Assembly (NCBI GenBank): GCA_039545335.1
Contig: BCIN01000001.1
Span: 2,917,136 to 2,981,135 of the forward strand
Source of the DNA: Kondoa subrosea
Taxonomy: Eukaryota
Length of the DNA: 64,000 bases
Reading direction: 5' to 3'
Numbering within the stretch: position 1 is the first letter of the stretch; every line of letters starts with the position of its first letter. The translations under genes were made by a program, and so were the position numbers. Under the pieces are notes generated by a model. It ran no database searches. It saw nothing but the letters and a program-made list of their open reading frames with translations, and had not been told where the DNA came from. This document shows positions 1 through 12,212 of this stretch, piece after piece.

Positions 1-1161
1 TACTCGCTCCAGAGGATGATAAAGGTGAAGGCAAAGCGTATATAGTTCCTCGGTTGTGGTATTGAAAATTAGATTTCAAGTGTAAGATGTACCCTTTTGG
101 ATGTTCGGGTGTAGGTTGAGGTAAGTAGGTTATTGAAGTTCGAAGAAGAGTTGAGTTTCCACACGAAGGGCAGAATTTCTCTATTGGGTTTTTGCAGAGC
201 CTGATATCGAATAGATCAGTTTGAGGAACGAATTGGAGAAGAGGAGGAAGAACATACTTGTAACATGCATGGCATCTCAATACCCAAGTACGGACGTTTC
301 TCACTTTCAATCCATTCACACCAACAATGTTCAACCCCATTTGTAGACCAACGTTCTGCATCGCGAAATCACCAGTAATACAGGCTGCTTCCATTTGCTG
401 TGCAGAAGAAGAAGAAGATCCAGTCAGAGGAGCAGAAGAGATGAGACCTGTATCTTTTGCTCGATGTGTCGTTAGATTGGACGGAGTGATCCATTCTCCT
501 TCATCGGAATCTGAATCGCTTTCTTCTGCTTTTTGAGTGACTTTGGTAGGTACTTCAGTCCATTCATCCTCTCCTGTTTCTTCAGCTTGTTCTTGCGAGA
601 CTTGTTCAGGTTGAGAAGAATGTTCCTGTTCTTGTTGCAGATTCAATTGCTCTACTTTCTCTTGAACCTGATCAATATCCTCTTCAGCTTTCCTCTTCAG
701 TCTAGCTTCCCTTTTCAACTTGGCTATCCTTTCCTTTTCCAACTCGAATTCAGTTTTCGCACCAGGACTTGAACGAATTCGTTTTGTTCCATTTGCTTCC
801 ACTTCAACCGTATAAAGTAGAGCAAGTATTTGTAAATCCGTAGAAGATAATACAGCTATATCACCCGTTTTCCTAGCAAAGGCAGTAACTATTTCACTCC
901 TCACATCAACTATTCTGTCATGGATTCATGCAATGAAAAGCACGAACCTTTTGCTACTGAATCAGCAGTAGGTGTTTTCACTTTCAAACCACCACCTTCA
1001 ACTAAAGACCAAGCTTGTAAAGCAGTTCGAGATTTTTCATCCCTGATTTCATCCAATACAGATTTCGTAGTCACAAAGTTATGAGCTAGAGTTTTTAAAG
1101 TCGATACTGGACATGTAAGGAGTGGAGCAGAATCTAGGACTAGAGTGTCTATGGAAGGCAT
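1..1161 (-). CDS. NOB1: 20S pre-rRNA D-site endonuclease Nob1 (3' end outside window; spliced)
   Basis: N-terminal PIN motif MPSIDTLVLDSAPLL...EIRDEKSR. Downstream minus-strand exons read as DDW/WITP, DFAMQNVGLQMGL and zinc-ribbon CHAC / FCPSCG. Confidence 0.9.
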
Positions 1162-1348
1162 TGCAGTGACAGAAAAATATAATCGGTTGAGGGAAGAGTG
1201 CAGCTGTTGGGTTATTATAGCTTGAGGAACAGTAGGGATATCACAGCAAGGTATAGAAGGGGCTATAGCTCGGGATATAAAGGCAGCAGTCCGTCGAACA
1301 AGATCAAGTCAGCTCGGATTCAAGCTTGGAGCCTTACCATTACTCAAC

Positions 1349-2456
1349 ATGTCTAGTTTCCCAGAAGTGAGCTCTGATACGTCCTCTGAAGACCTTACAT
1401 AGGCTTATACGCTCACGGCACAGCTCGACGACTTTGATTCTGGTTTCAATGGCCAATCCGCAACCACCCAATCTGACTTCCTTTCACGCGAAAGAGAACT
1501 CTTAGGTGAAGATGCCGACGCATTCGGAGCACCTCCTTCACTTCCAAATCAAGCAGACGATGAATTTGGCGGATTCGGAGACTCAGCTGGAGATTCAAAG
1601 CAGCAGCAAGATAGATTCGATGTTTCTGCCTTCGAACGTGATTCTGCTAAACCTGTCAAGCAAGAAATCAACGTTACTGGTACTGATGAAGTATCAGCTT
1701 TCGAGAACCAGTTTCCAGATATTCAACCTGAGCCTCAACCGAATTATAATGTCAGTCCTGGAAGACCTGCTTTCAGCGTGCGCTGATAGGTCGGATCCAC
1801 GGGTGACAGAACGGCTTTGACGCGCAGCCTCAGCAGCAGCAGAATTATCCACCTACTACTCAATCCCTCTTCCCCGCTATGAGCAATCAAGTACAAGAAG
1901 AAGAATCTGAAGCTATTCGGTTCATTCTCCCTCTTTTTACTCTCCTATTACAATCACTGATTTTCGTGAATTAGATCATGGCGCGAAAAACAGAGCACAG
2001 AGATTAGGAAAAGGGATGATGAAGCTCAAGCCAAGAAAGAAGAAACTATTTCTAAAGCTGAACGAAGCATTGATGAATTTTATCAAGACTATAACGCAAA
2101 AAAAGAGAAACAGATTGCAAAGAACAAGTGCGTTGCTCGAGCCGTTGTCCATTCAGTTCATAGACTGATGTACAATTGGCCCGGAATCACAGGGAAGAAG
2201 AAGCTAAATTCTTGGATGAAAGAACTGATGCCTTGGCTAAAGGAACTGTTTGGGAAAGGGTTTGCACTTTGGTCGATTTGAACGATTCTAGATCAAAGAC
2301 CAACACCAAGTCAACAAAGGATTTGGCTAGATTTAAAGAACTGCTGCTTGCGTTAAAGAGAGAGGGTGATAGTGCTCCGGTGCGTAAATCAGGCGCGGTT
2401 TTAGCTTTAACGCTAATTCGTTTGTTTGGTTTGCACAGGCTGCTGGCGGCTATTAG
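1349..2456 (+). CDS. CLC1: Clathrin light chain (spliced)
   Basis: [66 protein letters not shown], and C-terminal APAAGGY*. Confidence 0.92.
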
Positions 2457-3435
2457 GTGCCTGACTTGAAGGAAATCTGAGCGAAGGTAGAGGGTGTGTC
2501 TCCTGGAGAGCTTTGCAATACTCTGCTGAATAAGCCCGGTTGTTCCACAGAAGCGTCCAAAGTAGGAGTAAACTTTCTATTACCCCAAATGCATGGCCAT
2601 CATATATTGTTTCTTGCTTTTCGAGAGTGATTGTTTCTCCTTCCTGTTATGGACATCTTCTGTCTTGCTTGCTCTTTCGACATTCGTGCTTTGTCCTTGC
2701 AATCAACTTTTCTAAGCTCAATGTCAATAGTGCGGGCGGCTCCCTTGTTTCATGACCATCCTCGCGGAGCGGCCTGTGCAGGTCTTTCATCCTGCTTGGT
2801 CAACCGTCGCTCTGTCTTAAAGCTCCTCTATAAACTCTTTCTTTCGACGCGCGTTGAGTAATGTTCTGCTGTGTTCTGTTTGTCCTAATATATATCTCCT
2901 CTACACATTGCTTCTATGCATAACAAATACTTCACCCTGTAATACACTTATGCTAAAACTTCCAGCTGGCTATATAGCGATGCATCGGGATTTTGATTCT
3001 AGGCATCCCTGCGACTAGTTGATGAACAACCACTCGTGCATCTCACAACACGCTCACGGAGCAGAAGGAAACTCGATGACGCGTGGGCTTCTTTGTTCAT
3101 CCAGGCACTGACGTACTTCCTAGGCCTCCAAAGAGCTGCTCTTCTGCTCTGTCTGTCTTCGATCTGCTTTCTTCGCGCCTGATGAGGTCAAAGTGCGTTT
3201 AACACGCTGCTACTGATACTCAATACGCTTGAGGTTTCAGCTCGAATATGAAAGGTCTTGATACCGCTGGTCCAGTGCGCGTACTGGGCTTCAACTTTTA
3301 TCAAGTCCTGCAATCCATAACATTTGCCGGTGTCTAATCTTCGATCTCGCTTGTAACGATTCAACAGCCGCAGCTGCGATACAAAAACAATACATTGCAC
3401 AATAATGACACTCTGCCTTCAATCGCAAATAGCTC

Positions 3436-4542
3436 TTAGGCCATTTGCGCAAAAGCTTTCTTGACCGTCTCTTGCCAAGGAGTAGTCGGTCTACCAATGA
3501 GCTTTGAAAGCTGTTTGTTGTCGTCATGCAGCGCGTTCTCCTTTTCCGCCTTGACATCAACGTCCTGTATCAACAAGTTTGTCAGCTGCTTTCAAGTAAT
3601 CTCTGGCCGGCACGTACAGCAAGAATGGAAGCAAAGTCTTCAGGCAGACCAAAGCCCTTCAATGTTTGGAGGTATTCGTTCGCGGGCAGTACTTTATGGA
3701 CGATTTCCCGATTGGCGTATTTGCTGGATTCTTTAGCCAGGTCATCGAGAGTGAAGGCTTCATCTCCAGCCAGTTCGAAAGCTTTGTTTGTTCCATCCTT
3801 GTAGGTTGGAGCCAAAACTACAGCGGCAGCAGCAGCATAATCTTCGCGTGTTGCTCCTGAAATCTTGCCATGTCCAGCTAAGGGGCTGGTTATCAGCTCT
3901 CCACAGACGTCAGGTATACACACAAGGTCAAACCTGATAGTATGACACCATGCTCTTTCCACTGAGCGGCTTGACCAGTGAGGTTTTCTGTGTACCAGCC
4001 ATTCCTCAAGAAGACGTAAGGCAGACCACTTTCCTTGATAGCTGCTTCCGTACGCTTGTGTTCGTCAGCCAGATGGATTGTAGTTGATTCAGCGCCTAAG
4101 ACACTGGTGTAGGCGAATAATTTGATAGTACCGGTTTTAACGGCAGCATCGATGACTGCTTTATGTTGCTTGAAGCGTTCTCCCACCGAATTGCTAGACA
4201 CGAGTACCACCTTCTCAATGCCTTTCAATGCCAATTCGAGTGTATCTGGATGATCATAGTCTCCGATTCTAACATCCACAGGTAGCCGAGCAACCACATC
4301 TGGTGCTTTAGATTTGCTGTAGAAAGCGAATCAGCTCTTTCTAAGACTCTAATGCAAGTAATGAGCATAGAAACGCACTCTCGAACAAGAATAGCAACGT
4401 CTGAAGCAGACACTTTGTGATTATCGAGCAATTCGGCAAGGATGATCTTGCCAAGTCCACCAGAAGCGCCAGTACTATGAAAGCATTTGGCAAAGAAGGA
4501 GGCTGCAGAAGGACATTCTTACACTAGGATTGTCGGAGCCAT
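3436..4542 (-). CDS. NmrA-like/atypical SDR NAD(P)H:quinone oxidoreductase, QorB/YtfG type (spliced)
   Basis: TGASGGLG Rossmann motif, LVSSNSVGERFKQHKAVIDAA, AYTSVL, LADEHKRTE, LRNGWYTEN, GKISGATREDYAAAAAVVL, FELAGDEAFTL, LSKLIGRPTT. Confidence 0.88.
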
Positions 4543-5809
4543 GATGCGAGTAATACTTGAGTAGGTTATAGATCTGGACCTGGTGGTCGAGCAAGGTAAG
4601 GCAGTGCTAGAGCTCTGGCGCAAAGACTTGACACTGGCACGTGCTCGTTGACGAAATTGGATGGCATAATCCCGCACAATTATCATTGGCCGAGATAAGA
4701 AGTAAACAACGCCATAGACAACAGCAAGCCAGTATCAGAGGGACAGACGCGACCAAGTCATGCAGCAGCTTCAGATTTTCATTGTCGCGCAATTCTGATT
4801 CAGAAATTCAATTTTGGGCGCGTATACATGTATTTGTCGCGACAAGTGAGAATTGCTTGCAAGCCAGATCCAATGGTCCACGGAGGGGAGCCTCAAATAG
4901 AATACTTGGTAACAGCGCAGCTAGCGAAACTAGAACTCGGTGGCAAATTTGATTGACTTTGCAAATTTTCGCAAATTGTGCCTTTCTTCAAGACCAAAGT
5001 TCGCAATCTCCCTACGGTCAACTCCTTCATCGTACTAACAGTTCCCTGTGCAGCTTCGTCAGGATCATTTTATATGTAACTTTCGTATTTGTCTTGACAG
5101 TCAGTTCTTCTTCTCGCGCTTATACTCCTACACTGGGCTGACCTGTTTGCTTGCCAGACTCAACGTTGCCATATCCTAAGCGTCTCACGATGATTCGTAC
5201 GACTGCCATCTTTACCAGCGAGAACTTTATGCTTTTTCCATAAGTAGTTGCGCAAGCACACTCATGGTAGAGCCTCGATGACCTGGCCTCGTTTCTTTGC
5301 CTTGTTGTTTTTGCTTCTTTTGAAGCGAGAACCTTGTCCATGGCCTGACAATGTCTGCTGAAAAAGTTTTTATCTTCGGATAGCTTTCTCCAGTTCAGCG
5401 TTGACGGGTTGCGAAGGCGACGGTCTGATGTGCAGTTGAATCTGAAGGCGTTCAACAGCAAGTGAAAACAAAGAGGAATTTATGTATACTTTAGAACTTG
5501 AATGCAGTAATACCATGCATCTGTCCTGCTGTTCTCCTTTCCTTTGTTTGATGAATTGTCCACCTCCGCGCCCTTCTTGCCCTTGCTCTCTCTCTCTCTC
5601 TGTCTTCCGTTTGGTTCCACTTGTCTCTGCTTCATTTTCTTCTAAGCTTCGTTTGCCGAACTGCTCCAACGCTGAGACTCTCGCCGAATGTGTGTTTGAT
5701 GTGTCTCTTTGTCTGAGCTTGTGTCTGACAGTCATGCTTCTGCCGGCATTTGGAGCAAAGTGAATCCACATGCAATAATTTTATGCAGGGTTCTCGTCTG
5801 TGAATGTGA

Positions 5810-7626
5810 TTAATACAACTCGAATGAGAAGAAATATGGGACGACACAAGTCTGTCGCAATAGCCGGTATTGCATTGGTAGATATGCGCCAAAGTAATGT
5901 ATAAGAGAGCTCTGCCTCCTAACGGCCCTCAAGCTTTTTGCACCTAGAACACCTGAAGTGCTCCATCGCCCGTCAAACATCAGATTCTACCTCGTCTAGC
6001 TCTGGCCTTCTGTCTGTTAGGTATCATACCGCCGGCAACGGAGCTGGCCATTGCAGCTGCGATACGTTTTAGCAGGAAACGAACATCACATGGCTAGACT
6101 TACCGTTCGTTCCAACAGGAGGTTCTATAGGCGCAGCAGGTAATGTCGGTCTCAATCTGGTGGCTGATGAAGAAGAAGAGCTTTTAGTTGTCTCTGTTGG
6201 TGCTTCAGTCGTCGATGATAGTGGTGAAGCATCGCTAGATGAGGTAGGTCCTGATGACGCCTCGGCTGATTGGATAGATGAGCTCGACGAGCTCTCAGCT
6301 GACTGGATAGAAGCGCTGGATGAGACCGCGGTTGATGTTGGAAGGGGACTGCTTGAAGTAGGCAGCATGTTGATTAGCGCTTCATTGCTCAGTACGTTGG
6401 CTTCGCGTGGAAAGTAAGTGTCTGTGCGAAAGCTCAGCTTCTGTAGTCATCTTCACGACGAAGACCCACTTAGCAACCAATTGTCTGCCCCCAACAACAA
6501 TGAGCAGACAACACGGCATGAGAAGGTGTAACTTACAATCTTCACTGTCGATTATAGCTTCCGCATTGACGTAGACTATATAGTCTCTGTCTACCAGAGA
6601 TCGCAACGTTGACAGAACAGCTCCACTGTTTGACAATGAGAATCAACTTCGTATGCTACGAAAGGCCACTGACGTTGCCGATGTGCCTGAAAGTACTACA
6701 GTATCGATATTGTGCGTACTCAGGTCGAGAAGTAAGTCGGTCATATAAGTGGCATCAGATCGCTGCAGCGACAAGTCAGTTGCTGCGACAATTCGGTACA
6801 GTCTGCCTTACGTGTGCAACGACATCGTATTCTGCTGGAGACGGCGCAAATCCGCCGAAGTACGCAGTCCAGTCGGTACCTTTGTAAACTTTCAGCTGTT
6901 CGTCCGTCAAACGTAGATTACAATGCTACCTTCCACTGCCATATCTGAGCTTTTGTAGCCGGCCATCTCCTTGCTTGTCGTATTAGCTGATATATCTCCC
7001 TTGTCCGACCGGAACGCCAAATGAGAATGGACGATCATACCGGTATTGATAGCTCGAACGGCGTTGAGGAAGGCCATGCTGGATCCGAGGAATTTCGTGA
7101 GAGCAGTAGGTGTACTACGAACACATGCAGTGGAAGAAACTGATGCACTTGAAGATGGTGCCGATTCTTCGTCGCTAGACCTGCTAGCTGAAGATTTGCT
7201 GTTTGCGCTGGAACCAAGAAGAGTGCTCAAACTAGCTACATTTTGCCTCTTGATCTTGACCACTCCAGACGAGGACGAAGATTCTGCTGAAAGAGGTACC
7301 AGAACAGCCGTCACATGTCATATCATACGACATAAGTGTGGTGGACTGACCTGTATTTGCGGTCTCGGGACATGAAGAGACATTGAGGGCTGATATTATA
7401 CCGTTTTCGTAATTCAGAAAGATATACCTGCAGAGGTGTTAGCTCCGGCGGATCATTGGAACAAATGCTCGTACGCTGTCCTTTCGCCAAAGCCTGTCTG
7501 AGTACTAGCATTTGCGACAGCTACTGCTTCTGTGGATTGACGCTTCGCAAAGTGCGTAGAGGGCTTGAAAAAAGAGGCTGAAACAGCTAGCGGTGCTACA
7601 GACAACGCAACGAGGGAAAGCTTCAT
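5810..7626 (-). CDS. Secreted isochorismatase-fold (cysteine hydrolase-like) protein with Ser/Thr-rich insert and tail; 3' end uncertain
   Basis: Manual splicing gives MKLSLVALSVAPLAVSA-SFFKPSTHFAKRQ...RTAYIFLNYENGII...FAPSPAEYDVVAHRSDATYMTDLLLDLSTHNIDTVVLSGTSATGAVLSTLRSLVDRDYIVYVNAEAIIDSEDYNWLLNTYFPREANV, then the Ser-rich ORF 6069-6368. Confidence 0.75.
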
Positions 7627-7932
7627 ATTGAGATATCAAAGCAACGCGTTGTTGGCTGGGGAGGAAGAGTAATAGAATCAGGATGAAAAGGCTGTCTTGC
7701 TGCTCTAGGCTTTCACTATATGCCACTGAAATACCAAAATCGGAATCAAAAAGAGCCAAAAGCGGCGATAAACAGACAATCAACACAGAAACGAACGCGT
7801 CGAATAACAGCGGTAAACAGCACATGTTAAGCAGAGTGAGGGCAGAGACGACGTCGAGATGTCCAATTGCCCAGAATGGATGCAACAATTGATATTTTGA
7901 TTGAAATATTCGACATTCTTGACTTCCTTGTT

Positions 7933-10304
7933 TTACTTCTTGTAGAATTCCAATAGTTTTGAGTATCGAGTCTCCGCAGTGTGCGGCATTGTTACAGTAA
8001 GAGGGAATCGCGCGAGAGGTTCTTTGAGTTTGGCATCAACGGCCGTTCGAATTGAATGTCCAATACAGGCGATGTTTGATTCGAGTCCCGCCGAGGTAGC
8101 ATGTATGCCGTGGATGCTATAAGAGAGATCATTAGCCGCTTCACCAAGGACATCAATCAACATACGACGCTTGATGACAATTGAAGTAGGCATAGTCGAC
8201 TGTTGGCAATGACAGTCAAAAGTTCGGTCAATATATACGTGTTGAGCAATGTTACTCACCAGAACAAAAGATGGCTGCTGGGTTTTGCGATGTAAGACAA
8301 CACCTTCAATAGTACGCCAAGCGATGATCAGACAAATAGGTGTGGTAATGACAGAGAACAGGAGCTGTAGCATACGATCAGCTGCGCCTGCGGTAGACGG
8401 ATAAAGCAACACTAACAATGCCAAGAGTAAGGGCTATAGCAATCTGTTTGCCTTGCGTAAGAATGACCTAGCACACAATATCAGACAGGGTGGAAGAGGG
8501 ATGGTAAAGGTGAAGACGTACTCCAACAGGGTCGCTCCCAATCCACAGTGACACGCTGAAATTTAGTCAACGAGGTTCTGCATCTATCATCAGCAGACAC
8601 TGACCCCACTAGACAGAAATGAGACCGGCGGACACACTGAGGTAGTTTCACTTACTGTATGCAGCATCCAAAAACAGTATACCAATAGCCTCGATGATGA
8701 GCAGCACACTGTCATCAAGTTCCTATCAGAGTGCCTTCCTATCGCATTAGCATCCACTTACTACGATCTCCGAATAGTACTTCTTTCAGCTGAAGGAAGA
8801 ACAGAGTTGTGCAGATCGCTCGAATTGATTTGTTTCCTGAGCATATGGATGTATACGATTGCAGCAGGTGAGAAGAAAAAGGCGAGCTGAACAGCAAGAA
8901 TTCCAGCATAGCCCAATAACGCGACTCTACAATCGACATTCAGCTTTTTTAAGTCGAAAGATGTGCTAGCAAGCTTACGGTGCCCAATTCGTCACTGCTA
9001 TCAAAGGCTCCACGTAATCTAGAACCAGGCGAAGCGAGTCCGGAGCTAGGGTGAACTTCTCTCCTGCTGTCCATGCGCTTTCGATTGGTTGCAGAGCATC
9101 GCTTAGTAGCTGTTCATGCGGATTAGCTGATAAGCAAAGTATACTGTTGAAAAACGGACTGAGAATGCTCTAGATGAATCCTGGAAGAACTGCTTTGTAT
9201 ATCAGCCCAAAGTTAGAAATATACAATTCAAGTGAAATCACTTTAGTAAAGTAGGAGAAGAAAACCAGGATCAAGACCGAGATTGTGATATAGCCAAAGA
9301 CGACAAAGAAGTTGAGTGCCAGGCAAATATACGACATAATCTTATCTTTCTTCGTAGAAGTAGTGCTGTTTGATCGGAAACTGTAGCAAAGTAAAGCCGA
9401 AGTAGCAGATCCACATGTCCCTGTCCAGGTGACCAGAGGGATTTGCTATTACGGATTAGTAGGTGGTGAAAAAGAGCCGAGGCTTTCACATACAACCCAT
9501 AGTACTGAAAGATATACATGTCAACTAAAAACTCGAAAAGCATGCGAAGACTTACAGCCTTGAAGAGTCCAGAGTGCAGAGGATGCTCCGCTGTCGAGCG
9601 ATGATTGCATGTAATAGTAGGAGCTCAAGAGCGAGACTGGCAAATAGGAGTCAGATTGGGTCATAGCATTGGACAGGGGAATCAATACGAACAGATGAAG
9701 TAGAGCGAAGATAAAATAGCTAGAAGACAGACAGTATTTGGTAGCTGAAGTGAAGTAAGTTAAACATTCCTGCGTTCTGCTGAGTATCACTGACTATCAG
9801 TTTTCCGAAACAAGTCTGCCGGACCTGAAATAGCCAGAATCGTCGTGTATAGATCTTCAGTCTGTACAGGCTTGAGCAACGCACCAGAAGGAACGAGAAG
9901 GACCGACCCGATGATCGTAGAACTTGCAAGGACTAGAAAGCTGCGGTCAAAAGAGTCGATTAACAGCCGGAGTCAAGAACATACGACCAAGTCCTGATAC
10001 GCCAAAGGAAGCATAAAGTACTCTGTTGACGTCCGGAGGTCTATAGAGGATTGAATCTAGTGCGTTTGACTCAACGCACAGACTCACAATGCGCTAATGA
10101 CATTTACTTTGCTGCTTAATACCGACAGAAAGAAAGTGTAGGCTACCCTATTCTTAGAAGAGTGTATATAGAGTCTGACCATGCGTACGATTGACATCTG
10201 TAGGCAAACTAGACAAGGAGATCAGACCTTCAGTTTGCAGCGGGATGCGCACAGCTCGCTCACCTGGCTATCTGATGAGCAAAGTCTTTGGCAATGCCAT
10301 CCAT
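7933..10304 (-). CDS. Orphan multi-pass (about 7 TM) membrane protein, many introns
   Basis: Spliced reading MDGIAKDFAHQIASLPTDVNPYTFF...LKIYTRRFWLFQVRQTCFGKLILPN...LQGLLWVQIPLVTWTGT...LALNFFVVFGYI...SAWTAGEKF...AAIVYIHMLRKQ...LIIEAIGILF...LLFSVITTPICLIIAWRT. Homologous to the gene at 62402-64000. Confidence 0.7.
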
Positions 10305-12175
10305 TCCATGAAAGAGGGATCTCCCAGATCGTCGTAGCAGAGAACATCACACGAGATAGCCAAGTCTGACGTAGAAGAAGCTAGATTTACACCATACACT
10401 TCTTTCTTGCTCTCGTGCCGAGAATATCAGACACGCTATCACGAACAGGAGGCCACGGAGCTGAAGCTGCTACGCATAGCAATGGTCGATGGGATAAATG
10501 AATGGAAGCAATGATAGCAGGTCGGAATTGGACAGTACAAGAGATTTTATCGCAAAGACTGCAGTAGCTTGCTGTCAAAGTCGACTGTATTGGATCCGAT
10601 GTCATCGCTGTACATCAACTGCAATTGCAGGTGCCCGCTCGCGAATAAACGCGATGACCGAAATTGTTGGAGTTGTTCACGAACCGTGTCGTGTTTCGTG
10701 TTTGCAGCTCGCGTCAAGATGGCTGTGGATGTGCAACAACAACCTGCTCAAGCCTTGGATCAGCTTGGAACGGGCAAGAGTGTCGAGCAGCAGAAAATCG
10801 ACCAGAGCCTAATTTCAAAAAATCTAAGCAATCTCAGTGCCTTCAATACTCTCGAAGAACTGCTCAAGAACCGTGTTCGCTTCACTCCTGCTAAATTGAC
10901 AGAAGATAGTCAACCAATCCCTTACCAAGCGATCAATGTTGGCCTCAAGAAACCTGCTACTGCAATTGTATCAGGAGCTAGCCTTACTCCTGCATCTGCG
11001 CCTGTAGCATCTACTTCAAAATTACCATCCCTGAAGGGAAAAGCCAAAGAAACGTCAAGTCAGGAATTCGAAATTTCTTCAGATTGGCCTAGAAATTATG
11101 GTGCATCCATTGCAGGTCTCGGTAATATGGGTATGTCATTCTTTCCGTCCGAGATAGCTATCTATGTCTGAGACCGGTTCATAAGGCAATACGTGCTACC
11201 TCAATTCCACTTTACAAGCTCTCGTGCATACTCCCAGTCTCGTTCACGCTCTTCTTCAGTCAAACGCTCATCCTCGCGATACTTGTCTAGTAGCCAACAA
11301 CAACAAGCTTTGCGCTTTGTGTGAGATCCATGCTCTGATAGTTCGAGCTTTTGAACAAAAGCATCGACATGGTGAACCTCGACGGATTGTTCATGGATTG
11401 AAATGTACGTTACTTTGTTCTTATAGTCACTACTTCTTGCTTATCAAAAAGTCCGCAGCTATCGCTCCTCATTTCCGAAGCTTCAGGCAAGAAGACGCTC
11501 ATGAATTCTTGCGATTCTTTATGGATGCAATGCAGAATAGTTGTCTAGCTCAGATCGGCCCCCATGCATTGTACGCAATCCACTTCCACCAATTTATCAG
11601 CGTTTATGATAATTTGTAGGAAAGCTAATCCACAACTGAAAGAGCAAACCTTAATACATCGAATATTTGGAGGTCGGTTTCGTTCAAGAGTGTTGTGTTC
11701 GAAATGTCACCACACTTCTGATACATTTGATACAATGTTGGATTTATCGCTCGACGTAAACAATTGTCATCATATTAAAGACGCTTTAGAACGTTTTGTC
11801 AAACCTGATCATTTGAACGGGAAAAACAAGTACAAGTGCGAGAAATGCAAGAAATTGGTGGATGCTACCAAATCACTTTCGATTGATAAAGCACCTCATG
11901 TGCTTACGGTACATATGAAGCGCTTCACCCCTACTGGAAGAAAGATCAGCGGCCAAGTGTGTTTTGATGAGTATCTGTCTTTGGGTGGTGTGATGTCTGA
12001 TGATGATGAGGTGCGTGAACGATTGGATATCTTGCTACAACGGCAGCTTACATCCAACTTTTCGCCCACAGAACCCTCGTTATCGCTTAGATGGCATTAT
12101 TTCCCATTCTGGTTCAGGTCCACAGTCAGGACATTACTACTCTCATTGTCGAAGTTCGGACAATCATTGGTATCG
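9970..12175 (+). repeat. Direct repeat copy A (~2.2 kb segmental duplication; partner 15328-17531)
   Basis: Aligns with 15328-17531 from GAGTCAAGAACATACGACC to CAATCATTGGTATCG. ORF-track translations repeat at offset 5353. Confidence 0.97.
10719..12174 (+). pseudogene. 3'-truncated copy of the USP deubiquitinase (possibly chimeric)
   Basis: Matches the 16072 gene up to SDNHWY. It retains the Cys box (GNTCYLNS) and His box (SGHYY) but loses the following LDDS segment and the C-terminus. Confidence 0.85.
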
Positions 12176-12212
12176 TATACAAGCTATGTTTTGCCTGCCG
12201 ACAGTGTACCAG

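Noticed and set aside
2460..3430. Purine-rich, coding-looking minus-strand stretch between CLC1 and the QorB-like gene
   Set aside because: The frames I read are broken by stops and show no recognisable family. It may be a decayed gene or UTR, but I cannot support a call.
4950..5800. ORFs 5120-5461 and 5370-5771 and a short (CT)n tract near 5590
   Set aside because: No motifs or coherent splice model. The ORFs reflect low-complexity composition.
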